A stretch of DNA of 41,983 bases from Methanobacteriota archaeon (GTDB lineage Archaea > Thermoplasmatota > Poseidoniia > Poseidoniales > Poseidoniaceae). The stretch covers positions 52,772 through 94,754 of the forward strand of contig PBTA01000046.1 of assembly GCA_002726395.1 (NCBI GenBank). The letters run 5' to 3'. How positions within the stretch are numbered: position 1 is the first letter of the stretch; the number at the start of each line of letters is the position of its first letter. The notes under the pieces were generated by a model. It saw nothing but the letters and a program-made list of their open reading frames with translations, searched no databases and was not told the origin of the DNA. The position numbers were made by a program, and so were the translations under genes. Below are positions 26,198 to 34,501 of this stretch, piece by piece.

Positions 26198-27463
26198 TTA
26201 CTCAAGACCCTCATAATATGACTGAATCGAAACTTCAAGGTCATTCATCGCCTTGCGTTGATCCACGGTATTAGTTGTGCCATCTTGTCGTACTGCCTGC
26301 CCTTCAACCCACATATCAAGACAGTTTGCACCATTGAATACTAAGTTAGCTAAATGTCGGTTGCTAGATCTGCCGCGTGGATACATTCGCACATCATCTA
26401 AATCCCAAGCAACCCAATCTTGACTGCCCTTGGTTGCCATTTGAAAGATATCCTTGGCTGGCAAAAGGGTAGCATCCCAATGATCGTGTCGTTGAACTAG
26501 TGAAGCAGTACGAGCTTCAGATAATACATTCAGTCCATTACCAGAAGATGCAGCACCATCAGTCCCTATTCTGACGTCAACGCCCACCTCTTGGTAAGCG
26601 GGCAAAGACAGAGTACCGCCGCAAGCTAATTTCATGTTTGAAGAAGGACAATGTACGGCAGTAACACTGCGATTTTTTAGAATCCGGATTTCATTTTTCT
26701 TAACCCAACTAGCATGTGCACACACTGTGCCCGGCTTGAAAAAATCAATACTATCAAGATACTCAACAGGATATTTGCCGGTTTTTTCAAAGCAATCAGC
26801 AACTTCCTTTCTTGTCTCACTGACATGAATATGTAATCTTCCTTGCCTTCGTTCTGCTAAATCCGCTGCCCTGACTAGCGTCTCCTCGCTACATAGGTAA
26901 ATTGAGTGGGTAGCAATTGCATACTGAATACGATCGTGAGTTGATTGGGTTTGAAGTAAGTTATCAATTTCATCTAATGCCGATTTTGCATCAGGGTGTG
27001 ATGGTAGTGCAAAATCACTGACAGGTCCGCCAACAAGGCCCCTAATGCCAGCATCTTCGAGGACTTTACCAGTTATTGCTGGATAAAAGTACATATCAGC
27101 CGCGAAACTACAACCAGTAGCAATCATTTCACTTGCTGCTGCTGTAGCGCCAACTCGAACATATTCTGGACTCAATCTTGCTTCGGTAGGGAATATCACT
27201 TCATTGAGCCATTGATTTAACGGGTAACCATCACTAAAATCTCTCGCATTTAATTGCATAGCAAGATGAGTATGCCAGTTTTGTAGGGAACGGGTCAAAA
27301 GTCTAGAACTACCGTCAATATCCTGCCTAACATCTTCGTCACCATTAGACTTTGACCAAGACCCGTCATCGTGGATTAATACATCACCAACAAACTTGTT
27401 GGTACTGCTGTCATACAGAATTGTATCTGTATATCTTGCAGCATATTCTTCTGACATTGGCAT
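26198..27463 (-). CDS. Amidohydrolase-superfamily deaminase (MtaD / 5'-methylthioadenosine-SAH deaminase-like)
   Basis: Metal ligands 'NWHTHLAM' (HxH), 'HIHVSETRKE' and 'IGTDGAASSGNGLNVLSE' match the MtaD/guanine-deaminase subgroup. The ATG at 27463 is preferred. Confidence 0.82.
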   Translation of the reverse strand: MPMSEEYAARYTDTILYDSSTNKFVGDVLIHDDGSWSKSNGDEDVRQDIDGSSRLLTRSLQNWHTHLAMQLNARDFSDGYPLNQWLNEVIFPTEARLSPEYVRVGATAAASEMIATGCSFAADMYFYPAITGKVLEDAGIRGLVGGPVSDFALPSHPDAKSALDEIDNLLQTQSTHDRIQYAIATHSIYLCSEETLVRAADLAERRQGRLHIHVSETRKEVADCFEKTGKYPVEYLDSIDFFKPGTVCAHASWVKKNEIRILKNRSVTAVHCPSSNMKLACGGTLSLPAYQEVGVDVRIGTDGAASSGNGLNVLSEARTASLVQRHDHWDATLLPAKDIFQMATKGSQDWVAWDLDDVRMYPRGRSSNRHLANLVFNGANCLDMWVEGQAVRQDGTTNTVDQRKAMNDLEVSIQSYYEGLE

Positions 27464-27495
27464 CAATCCTGGTTGATGGGTGATGGCTGTGTTAT

Positions 27496-28758
27496 TTAAT
27501 TGTCAGTTATGGACTGAGAGATGGTTAATTGGTATTTTCGGGCACTGTACTCAAGGCTTGCAATACCTGGCAAGACCTTACCCGCTAGATAATTCAAACA
27601 AGCACCTCCGCCTGTTGATAGATGGCCCATTTTCCTAGATAACCCTCGATTCTTGATTAAGGTGGCAGTATGACCTCCTCCTACCACGACATAGCCAGTT
27701 GATTCGGCACAAGCGTTCAACATCTCAATCGTGCCTAGAGCAAAATCAGTAAGTTCGAAAACACCTGCAGGACCATTTAGAATTATTGTTCCTGCAGATT
27801 TAATGGCGGCCGAAAGGGTCATTGTTGAGTTGATTCCAATATCAAAAATCGGCGCAGCGACAGGCAAATCAGCTAGTGTTAAATCCACTCGATTATCTTC
27901 AATATTTGCCGCAAGGTCTGTTGGCAGTTTTATTTTATCAGCAAAATCATTTAGCATTGATTTGGCAGTTGCTACTGTAGAGTGATAGGCCTCGCCTAAT
28001 TCCCCAACCAAAAAATTATGATTCAATTCACCAATATCAATGCCAGAATATTCAATCAATAAATTTGCTCCCCCGCCAGTGGCCCACACCTCATCAGCGA
28101 TACCTTTTCTCAGCATATTATCTGCGACCGATATTGAATCTTCAACTTTAATTCCGCCAACCACTGCTATACATGGTCTACGTGGTGATTCTAAAGCAGC
28201 ATCAAGGCCGTCAATTTCCCTTTTCATCAATTCTCCAGCCACACATGGAAGTGTATGAGTAAAGCCAACAATAGATGGTGAATTTCTGTGAGAACAGGCG
28301 AATGCATCATTAACAAATACATCGACAACGCTAGATAGTCGTTGGATTATTTTTGTTTCCGACATTACTAAAAAATCACCTTTAGTCGATACTTCTTCAA
28401 GATCCATCCTTACGTTATTGAGCATCAAGATTTCTCCATCCGCTAGACTTTCAATTGCTTGCATTGCTTTTACGCCATGGATATCTTCGACCCATTTGAC
28501 ATTACGCCCCAAGATTCTGCCAAGTTCTCTAGAATGGCCAAGAGTGTTGGTGAAGTCTTTTTTGCCAGGTCTAGATTGATGGGCTAACAAAACTACTTTT
28601 GCTTTAGTAAGTAGATTCAATGTCGGTACAATCGCCTTTATTCGAGTGTCATCAAGAAACTCTTGGCTTTTGGGTTGTAAGGGACTATTGATGTCAACTC
28701 TTACCAGCACAGTCTTGCCTTCGACATTGATGTTGCGCAAGTTTAACACTTGTGCCAT
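27496..28758 (-). CDS. pgk: Phosphoglycerate kinase
   Basis: 'GKTVLVRVDINSP', 'SRPGK', 'VNDAFACSHR' and 'VVGGGHTA...STGGGACLNYL' are PGK signatures. Confidence 0.95.
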   Translation of the reverse strand: MAQVLNLRNINVEGKTVLVRVDINSPLQPKSQEFLDDTRIKAIVPTLNLLTKAKVVLLAHQSRPGKKDFTNTLGHSRELGRILGRNVKWVEDIHGVKAMQAIESLADGEILMLNNVRMDLEEVSTKGDFLVMSETKIIQRLSSVVDVFVNDAFACSHRNSPSIVGFTHTLPCVAGELMKREIDGLDAALESPRRPCIAVVGGIKVEDSISVADNMLRKGIADEVWATGGGANLLIEYSGIDIGELNHNFLVGELGEAYHSTVATAKSMLNDFADKIKLPTDLAANIEDNRVDLTLADLPVAAPIFDIGINSTMTLSAAIKSAGTIILNGPAGVFELTDFALGTIEMLNACAESTGYVVVGGGHTATLIKNRGLSRKMGHLSTGGGACLNYLAGKVLPGIASLEYSARKYQLTISQSITDN

Positions 28759-28883
28759 GCTACTCCCAACAGCAGACAGTTTTTGATTTATCGTCTGTTG
28801 ATTTCACGATAATAGAGGATAATTTCATCGAAAAGTCAGACATCATCGGTTAGAGTTTTCAACATCTACTACGACCCACAACC

Positions 28884-30158
28884 ATGTCGTCATGGTCAAC
28901 CGAGGATTTACTGGGACCTGAAGGCCAGGATTGGCGAGTACCAGTTAGTGAACTTGAACAACGGATTAGTAAACTAGCAAATCTGTTACAAGAAAACAAT
29001 CTACCAGGTGCATTAATTCAAAGCCCAGTTGACTTGTACTACTACGCTGGAGGACGGCAAAATGGAGCATTATTTATTCCTGCTACAGGTTCCAAAGCCA
29101 GCATAGATTCTGGCGGCGATGGTAGTACTTTTTTTGTCAGACGGTCAATTAAGCGAGCAGAATATGAGGCTGGAGGCACGGACAGCCCAATTAACATAGC
29201 GAAATTTCCTAGTTTGCGGATACTTGCTGACTCGCTTTCCAACATGGGAGCAGAAGCCAGTCCAGCATTACAAAAAGGTGAGATTCCAGCCGATTTCCAC
29301 GCGAAGTTCGAATCAGTATTGGCACCGTTGGGAACACCTGCTGACTGTACTCAATTAATTCACTCTCAAAGAGAAGTAAAATCCTCCTGGGAATTAGCTA
29401 TGATGCGAGAGGGGGCTTTAGTGCAACAAGCAATGTTCGACTCAGTCAGCAATGAAATTGCCGCCGGCAAAACCGAATTGGAACTGGTTGCCGCTGCTGA
29501 AGCAATTAGTAGAGAAAGCGGATTTGGCGGCAATATCCAAATGCGCCGCTTTCCATTACAATGTGACAGAGCCGTAATAGTTTCAGGCAGAGCAGGAGGA
29601 ATCCCGTCGTTTTTTGATTCAGCAATAGGCGGCACTGGCCCTCACCCGTTAGCTGGAATGGGTTCAGGATTCAATAAGGTACGAGAACACCAACCTATCT
29701 TGGTTGACCTTGTTCATGCTCACAGAGGTTATGTTGTTGATGCTACTAGAATGTTTAGCGTTGGAAAATTAGATGATATTTGGTTGCAGAGACTAGACGA
29801 TATGGTTGAAGTCAGTGACAAGGTTGTGAATTCACTTGGTCGTGGCGATGATTGTTCAAAAGCATGGGAAGTTGGCTCACGATTAGCCATCAATATGGGT
29901 CATGGCGAACATTTGATGGGCATGAGTCCAGATCAAAGCAAGTTCTTAGGCCACTCAGTTGGTTTACAACTAGATGAATCTCCTGTTGTCGCACAAGGCT
30001 TTGATCGGCCATTACCGAGTAATGGAGTCATGGCCATTGAGCCAAAACTGGTCTTTACAGAAGGCAGTATTGGTATTGAGGATACTTGGTTAAAGACGGA
30101 AAGCGGATTACAGCGGTTAACATTATCTGGTAATAATGAATCGTTAACCAATTGCTAA
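28884..30158 (+). CDS. M24-family Xaa-Pro aminopeptidase/prolidase with a creatinase-like N-domain
   Basis: Pita-bread metal-site blocks are present: 'VDLVHAHRGYVVDATR', 'GHSVGLQLDESP', 'MAIEPK' and 'GIEDT'. Confidence 0.85.
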   Translation: MSSWSTEDLLGPEGQDWRVPVSELEQRISKLANLLQENNLPGALIQSPVDLYYYAGGRQNGALFIPATGSKASIDSGGDGSTFFVRRSIKRAEYEAGGTDSPINIAKFPSLRILADSLSNMGAEASPALQKGEIPADFHAKFESVLAPLGTPADCTQLIHSQREVKSSWELAMMREGALVQQAMFDSVSNEIAAGKTELELVAAAEAISRESGFGGNIQMRRFPLQCDRAVIVSGRAGGIPSFFDSAIGGTGPHPLAGMGSGFNKVREHQPILVDLVHAHRGYVVDATRMFSVGKLDDIWLQRLDDMVEVSDKVVNSLGRGDDCSKAWEVGSRLAINMGHGEHLMGMSPDQSKFLGHSVGLQLDESPVVAQGFDRPLPSNGVMAIEPKLVFTEGSIGIEDTWLKTESGLQRLTLSGNNESLTNC

Positions 30159-30189
30159 TAATGAAAAGCATCCAATGTAAGGCCCTCAT

Positions 30190-30978
30190 ATGCCGGCTAA
30201 ACCATATTCCTCAGGTCACATCGGAGCAGTTGCTGCCAATTTCACGCAAATGCGTTTATCTGGTGCGGTAAAACAACAACTAGTCGAATTATTGTGTGAG
30301 GAGTTAGACCGCCTAGTTCCAACAATGGAATCAGAAACTCTAGCCCAAGACCCAGAGAGAAAAACATTGGACGACCCCAACAGAACACGATTGAATTATA
30401 ATCGAACCAGAGAGTTGATGATTGATAGAATTAGTAGTATTGATTCTGTTGGCTCAGCTGCAGTTCAAGCAGGAATTGAACACGTTGAGACTCATTTGGC
30501 TAAGATTTTGAAACACGCAGAGGCAGCAGCGGAAAAAGACCGAGTTGCCACAATTAAGCCAAGGCATCTGGAAATTGCTGTGTCTGGAATGGGGCTTAAT
30601 TCAGATGACGAGGAAGCAGAGGTTGACACAATCGAAGAATCTGAAACCCTGATAGTTGGCCAAGGAGGCGGCGTATTAACCCGTTCTTCCTTGCTTTCTT
30701 TGGCTAGGACACACGCTAAAATGCCAGTCACAGATGATGCAATTGAGGAATTAATCGACACCTATTACATGGTAGTAGAAAAATTGGAATCAGACATAAG
30801 AAGTCACGCACAACTTGGCGGTAATCCAGTTCAATTCATCGAATCAATCAACCGGATGAAGACTCTAATGTCACTTGGTTGGATGCGCTCAATGCTAATC
30901 AAAGCCGCTACGAATGCTCGTGATCGAGGTTACAAGCGTATTGATATTGAACAAATAGTTCACTTAGATCCTTATTGA
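30190..30978 (+). CDS. Hypothetical protein with two histone-fold-like halves
   Basis: The ORF is well supported (ATG, tight spacing). In half 1, 'IGAVAANFTQMRLSGAVKQQLVELLCEELDRLV' and later 'LAKILKHAEAAAEKDRVATIKPRHLEIAV' parallel archaeal histone alpha1-L1-alpha2 and 'KLAKHAGRKTIKAEDIELA'. In half 2, 'LLSLARTHAKMPVTDDAIEELID' and later 'IKAATNARDRGYKRIDIEQIVHL' repeat the pattern. The assignment was made by eye only. Confidence 0.6.
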   Translation: MPAKPYSSGHIGAVAANFTQMRLSGAVKQQLVELLCEELDRLVPTMESETLAQDPERKTLDDPNRTRLNYNRTRELMIDRISSIDSVGSAAVQAGIEHVETHLAKILKHAEAAAEKDRVATIKPRHLEIAVSGMGLNSDDEEAEVDTIEESETLIVGQGGGVLTRSSLLSLARTHAKMPVTDDAIEELIDTYYMVVEKLESDIRSHAQLGGNPVQFIESINRMKTLMSLGWMRSMLIKAATNARDRGYKRIDIEQIVHLDPY

Positions 30979-31036
30979 AAGTCAGTGCATTTGTTAAAAT
31001 ACTTCTTTCATGAGGTTGACAGGAAGAGGTCTTACC

Positions 31037-31498
31037 ATGATAGGAGAAGCAGCACCAGAATTTACTTTGAAGAATACATCAAAAGAATCAGTCTCGTTAG
31101 CAGATTACCGAGGCAAAACAGTAGTTATCGCGTTTTATCCAGGCGCTTTTACTGGTGTTTGCGATAAGGAAATGTGTGCTTTTCAAGACAACCTTGCTAA
31201 GCTTAACGGTTCATCGGCTACAGTTATTGGTATCAGTGTCGACTCACCGTGGGCTAATGCAGAATTCGCTAGAAAGTACAACCTAGAGTTCGAACTATTA
31301 TCTGATTTAGACCGCTCAGTGGTTGAGGCTTACGATGCTAAGTTTGTTGGTCTTGGAGGGCTGGAAGGCTATGTTTCAGCCAATAGGGTCGTCATTGTAG
31401 TCGACAAAGAGGGCTTGGTCCAACACCGCTGGGTTGCTGAAAACCCTGGCGTTGAGCCAGATTATGACGGCATTGTTACTCTGGCAGAATCTCTTTGA
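31037..31498 (+). CDS. Peroxiredoxin (AhpC/TSA / Bcp-like thiol peroxidase)
   Basis: 'APEFTLKN...VVIAFYPGAFTGVCDKEMC' is the peroxidatic-Cys motif. The ATG at 31037 ('MIGEAAPEF') is preferred over the track start at 31010. Confidence 0.9.
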   Translation: MIGEAAPEFTLKNTSKESVSLADYRGKTVVIAFYPGAFTGVCDKEMCAFQDNLAKLNGSSATVIGISVDSPWANAEFARKYNLEFELLSDLDRSVVEAYDAKFVGLGGLEGYVSANRVVIVVDKEGLVQHRWVAENPGVEPDYDGIVTLAESL

Positions 31499-31529
31499 GA
31501 CAGAGTATTAGCCTCAAAGGACTGATTGG

Positions 31530-32354
31530 ATGGTTAACTCGACAATCATTCTGTACGCCTTTTTTGCTGGTTTTGTAGCAATTTTAGTCACTGTTTCAAT
31601 CGAGAAATTTGGTGGTTTTATTGGCGGAGTGTTAGGTACGGTACCATCAACGATAATTCCGGCCGCGGCGGGAGTTTATGCAATTGATGGAGGTGAGTCA
31701 CTAAGATCTAGTATGTCTGTAGTGCCGCTTGGTATGTTAATCAATGGTCTGTTTCTTGGAGTATGGATATTACTGCCAAATCAAATCAAGCAAGATAAAT
31801 TAAAATTGCCAGTAACAATAATTGCCTCATTAGCAACTTGGGCAATTCTTGCTTGGTGTGGTTTAATGATCGCAAGAAATGCAACAGATGGCCTAGTTAG
31901 TGAATTACAGTTTGCCATAACTGGTTTAGTAGCCTTAGCAATACTGGCTTTCCTCTTCAATATAAAGAATCGAGAAGCACCTGGAGGTAGTAATAAAGTT
32001 CCGTTAGTGATTCTTTCAATGCGAGGTATAGCCGCTGGGCTAGCCATTGGGGCTTGTCTTGTGTTAGCCGAAAGCGGTTTGCCATTTATTGCTGGGCTAG
32101 CCAGCGCATTTCCGGCTATTTTTCTAACTAGTATGGTCGCACTGTGGGTTTCTCAAGGCCCTCAAGTGCCCCAGGGTGCTGCAGCCCCAATGATGCTTGG
32201 AGGAGCTAGCGTTTCAGTATACGCAATCATTGCGATATGGTCATTACCTGAATTTGGCGTTGTGCTCGGTTCGGTTATTGCTTGGTTTGCTTCGGTAATT
32301 CTTTGGACATTACCGGCTTTTACCTTACTTAGGCGCCATCGATTAGCCGCCTAG
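31530..32354 (+). CDS. Hypothetical polytopic membrane protein (about 8 TM)
   Basis: ATG ORF that is hydrophobic throughout. No family was recognised. Confidence 0.65.
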   Translation: MVNSTIILYAFFAGFVAILVTVSIEKFGGFIGGVLGTVPSTIIPAAAGVYAIDGGESLRSSMSVVPLGMLINGLFLGVWILLPNQIKQDKLKLPVTIIASLATWAILAWCGLMIARNATDGLVSELQFAITGLVALAILAFLFNIKNREAPGGSNKVPLVILSMRGIAAGLAIGACLVLAESGLPFIAGLASAFPAIFLTSMVALWVSQGPQVPQGAAAPMMLGGASVSVYAIIAIWSLPEFGVVLGSVIAWFASVILWTLPAFTLLRRHRLAA

Positions 32355-32387
32355 AGAGCCTGTATTGCTAGGTATTGAATTCTTGGT

Positions 32388-32600
32388 CTACTCAGACAAT
32401 TTCTCTTCTATCTCTGACAGACGCATCTCGTTTAGACGCCCTTCTGCACTGGCTAATTCTTGTTGACAGAATTCTAACAGTTTAGCCCCTTCCTCATATA
32501 ATTTCAAGGTCTCATCTAATGCTATTCCCCCGCGCTCCAAATCTGCAACAATTTCCTCTAAACGCTTAATTGCAATACTGTAACTAATTTCTTCACTCAT
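32388..32600 (-). CDS. xseB: Exodeoxyribonuclease VII small subunit
   Basis: 'SYSIAIKRLEEIVADLERGGIALDETLKLYEEGAKLLEFCQQEL' matches the XseB signature. The ATG at 32600 overlaps the xseA stop by 8 nt. Confidence 0.88.
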   Translation of the reverse strand: MSEEISYSIAIKRLEEIVADLERGGIALDETLKLYEEGAKLLEFCQQELASAEGRLNEMRLSEIEEKLSE

Positions 32601-33924
32601 TTTTTCCACTCTCTTTTGTTATTTCTCCAACTGTAGCCTTAGCAGTTCCATCTGCTAATGCAAGAATTATATTTTGACCTTTACTTAAGTCATTAGTTCT
32701 CGAGATAACTTCACCATTTTCATTTGAAATCATACTATATCCACGCTGTAAAACATTGTTTGGATGAGCCGAATTAAGAGCGGATGCAAACACAGCAAGC
32801 TTAGTCTTCTCTGCAGCAATACTTTGTTGTGCTGCTAGCACCATGATATTACCTAAAGATGCCAATTTCTGTTTTGATTGGCTAAATTTATTGATTACTG
32901 CGGTTGTCAGCCGGTTTGATAAATCGCTTATCTGTTGGTTGGCATTGTATACTCCTTGTAGGGGAGCGTTAAGCAACCTAGATTGTAAAAGGCGTAAGTT
33001 GTTGCGCCAATCGACAAATAATCTTGTTGTTGCATCTGTGATGCGGAGTTCAAAGTTGAGCATCATCATTTGATGTTGATCAAATTCAGGAACTAAACGC
33101 TCTATTGCATTAGAGGGAGTTGATGCTCTCAAGTCAGCCACTAAATCAGCTACTAACATGTCTGACTCGTGTCCAACAGCAGAGATAACGGGTACTGCTG
33201 AAGCAATTATCGCTCTGGCAACCGGCTCAAGATTAAACGCCCACAAATCTTCAGGAGACCCACCCCCCCTTCCAACTATTATCACATCAACAGGTGGTTG
33301 ATTAAGCCGTTTAGCGACCTCAATTTCGGCCAACTTACCTGCGGCAAGAATCCCTCTGACAATTTCATTAGGAGCAGAATTTCCTTGAACAGTAACTCCG
33401 ATGACCGTTCTGCGAATTCCAGGCCATCGGTTTTCGGCCAATCTATTCATATCAGCCAGTGCTGCTGAGCCAACACCAGTGATTATTGCTATGTGTTTTG
33501 GAATTGCTGGTAGAGCCATTCTAGGGCGATCTAACATTCCTTCCGACCGCAGCAACTCAATCAATTGCTTGCGCTGTTCTTCAAGAACTCCAAGCTTGTT
33601 AATCGGCTCGATTCGGTTAACGATTAATTGTATTCTTCCAGACTTGGCATAGAGGTCTAAATTAGCGATAACCACAACGACACTTCCCTCGCCAATACTT
33701 GAATCAATAGTACAACGACCTTGCCAGATAACTGCACTAATTTGCCCATCAGAATCTCGCAATGTAAAGTACGTATGACCGCTTGGGTAGGATTTCCATT
33801 GAGTTATTTCCCCTTTAATGACCTGATTTTGAAATAAATTATCATTACGAATGGTCGTTCTAATCAAATTAACAAACTGTCCCACAGGGATTGGTCCAGT
33901 GGTTAGTTCACTACCACCCCTCAT
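32593..33924 (-). CDS. xseA: Exodeoxyribonuclease VII large subunit
   Basis: The N-terminal OB-fold is 'VIKGEITQWKSYPSGHTYFTLRD'. The catalytic region is 'IIVGRGGGSPEDLWAFN...PVISAVGHESD'. Confidence 0.93.
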   Translation of the reverse strand: MRGGSELTTGPIPVGQFVNLIRTTIRNDNLFQNQVIKGEITQWKSYPSGHTYFTLRDSDGQISAVIWQGRCTIDSSIGEGSVVVVIANLDLYAKSGRIQLIVNRIEPINKLGVLEEQRKQLIELLRSEGMLDRPRMALPAIPKHIAIITGVGSAALADMNRLAENRWPGIRRTVIGVTVQGNSAPNEIVRGILAAGKLAEIEVAKRLNQPPVDVIIVGRGGGSPEDLWAFNLEPVARAIIASAVPVISAVGHESDMLVADLVADLRASTPSNAIERLVPEFDQHQMMMLNFELRITDATTRLFVDWRNNLRLLQSRLLNAPLQGVYNANQQISDLSNRLTTAVINKFSQSKQKLASLGNIMVLAAQQSIAAEKTKLAVFASALNSAHPNNVLQRGYSMISNENGEVISRTNDLSKGQNIILALADGTAKATVGEITKESGKNE

Positions 33925-33995
33925 AAATCCATTAAGCAGTCACAGGTTCTTGAACATGTCCAAACAATAGTTGAATCAGTTTATCGATTAGCCGA

Positions 33996-34181
33996 TTAGT
34001 CATTTTTATCTTTATTCAATTCTCGTCTTTGGCGCGTTTGGAAACTTTGCCGTAACTCGACCTCATTGAGTTTTCTCCGAATTTTATTTCTTAGAAATCG
34101 TACAACAATAATCACCGCAACGATGTCAACAACCAGAATAAACCATTCAGTTGTACCCCAATTTTCAAACATAGCAATCAT
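33996..34181 (-). CDS. Hypothetical 61-aa single-pass membrane protein
   Basis: The TM helix 'WFILVVDIVAVIIVV' is followed by a basic tail. Its ATG (34181-34179) shares one nucleotide with the ferredoxin TGA (34183-34181). Confidence 0.5.
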   Translation of the reverse strand: MIAMFENWGTTEWFILVVDIVAVIIVVRFLRNKIRRKLNEVELRQSFQTRQRRELNKDKND

Positions 34182-34492
34182 CACAATGGTGGTCGAATAT
34201 CAATATCACAATCGGTAGTCGGGCAGCCAATACAACCTAAGCGAGCCTCTTGCTCTATTAGGTAATCATCAAGCCCGGGTGGAAGTATTTCGGGGACTGG
34301 AATTTTACCCCTGACCAATGTCACCATACAAGTTCCACAGGTTCCAGAAGTGCAGTTTGTTGGCACATTAACTCCTGCTGACTCTGCATGTTCAACTAGA
34401 GTTTCACCGAGAACTAATCTGGTTTGGCCAAGTAATTTTGCCCCTTGCATAAATCTCACAAGTTTGAGCGTCTCTCCAACACTCTCTGTCAT
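34181..34492 (-). CDS. Plant-type [2Fe-2S] ferredoxin
   Basis: The cluster motif is 'CTSGTCGTCMV' (C-x4-C-x2-C), with a distal Cys in 'RLGCIGC'. Confidence 0.88.
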   Translation of the reverse strand: MTESVGETLKLVRFMQGAKLLGQTRLVLGETLVEHAESAGVNVPTNCTSGTCGTCMVTLVRGKIPVPEILPPGLDDYLIEQEARLGCIGCPTTDCDIDIRPPL

Positions 34493-34501
34493 GCCATCGC
34501 C

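Noticed and set aside
33985-33999. Tandem 'cgattag-c-cgattag' in the xseA upstream spacer.
   Set aside because: It is only two 7-nt copies. The second overlaps the stop codon of the 61-aa ORF. This is too short to separate from chance.
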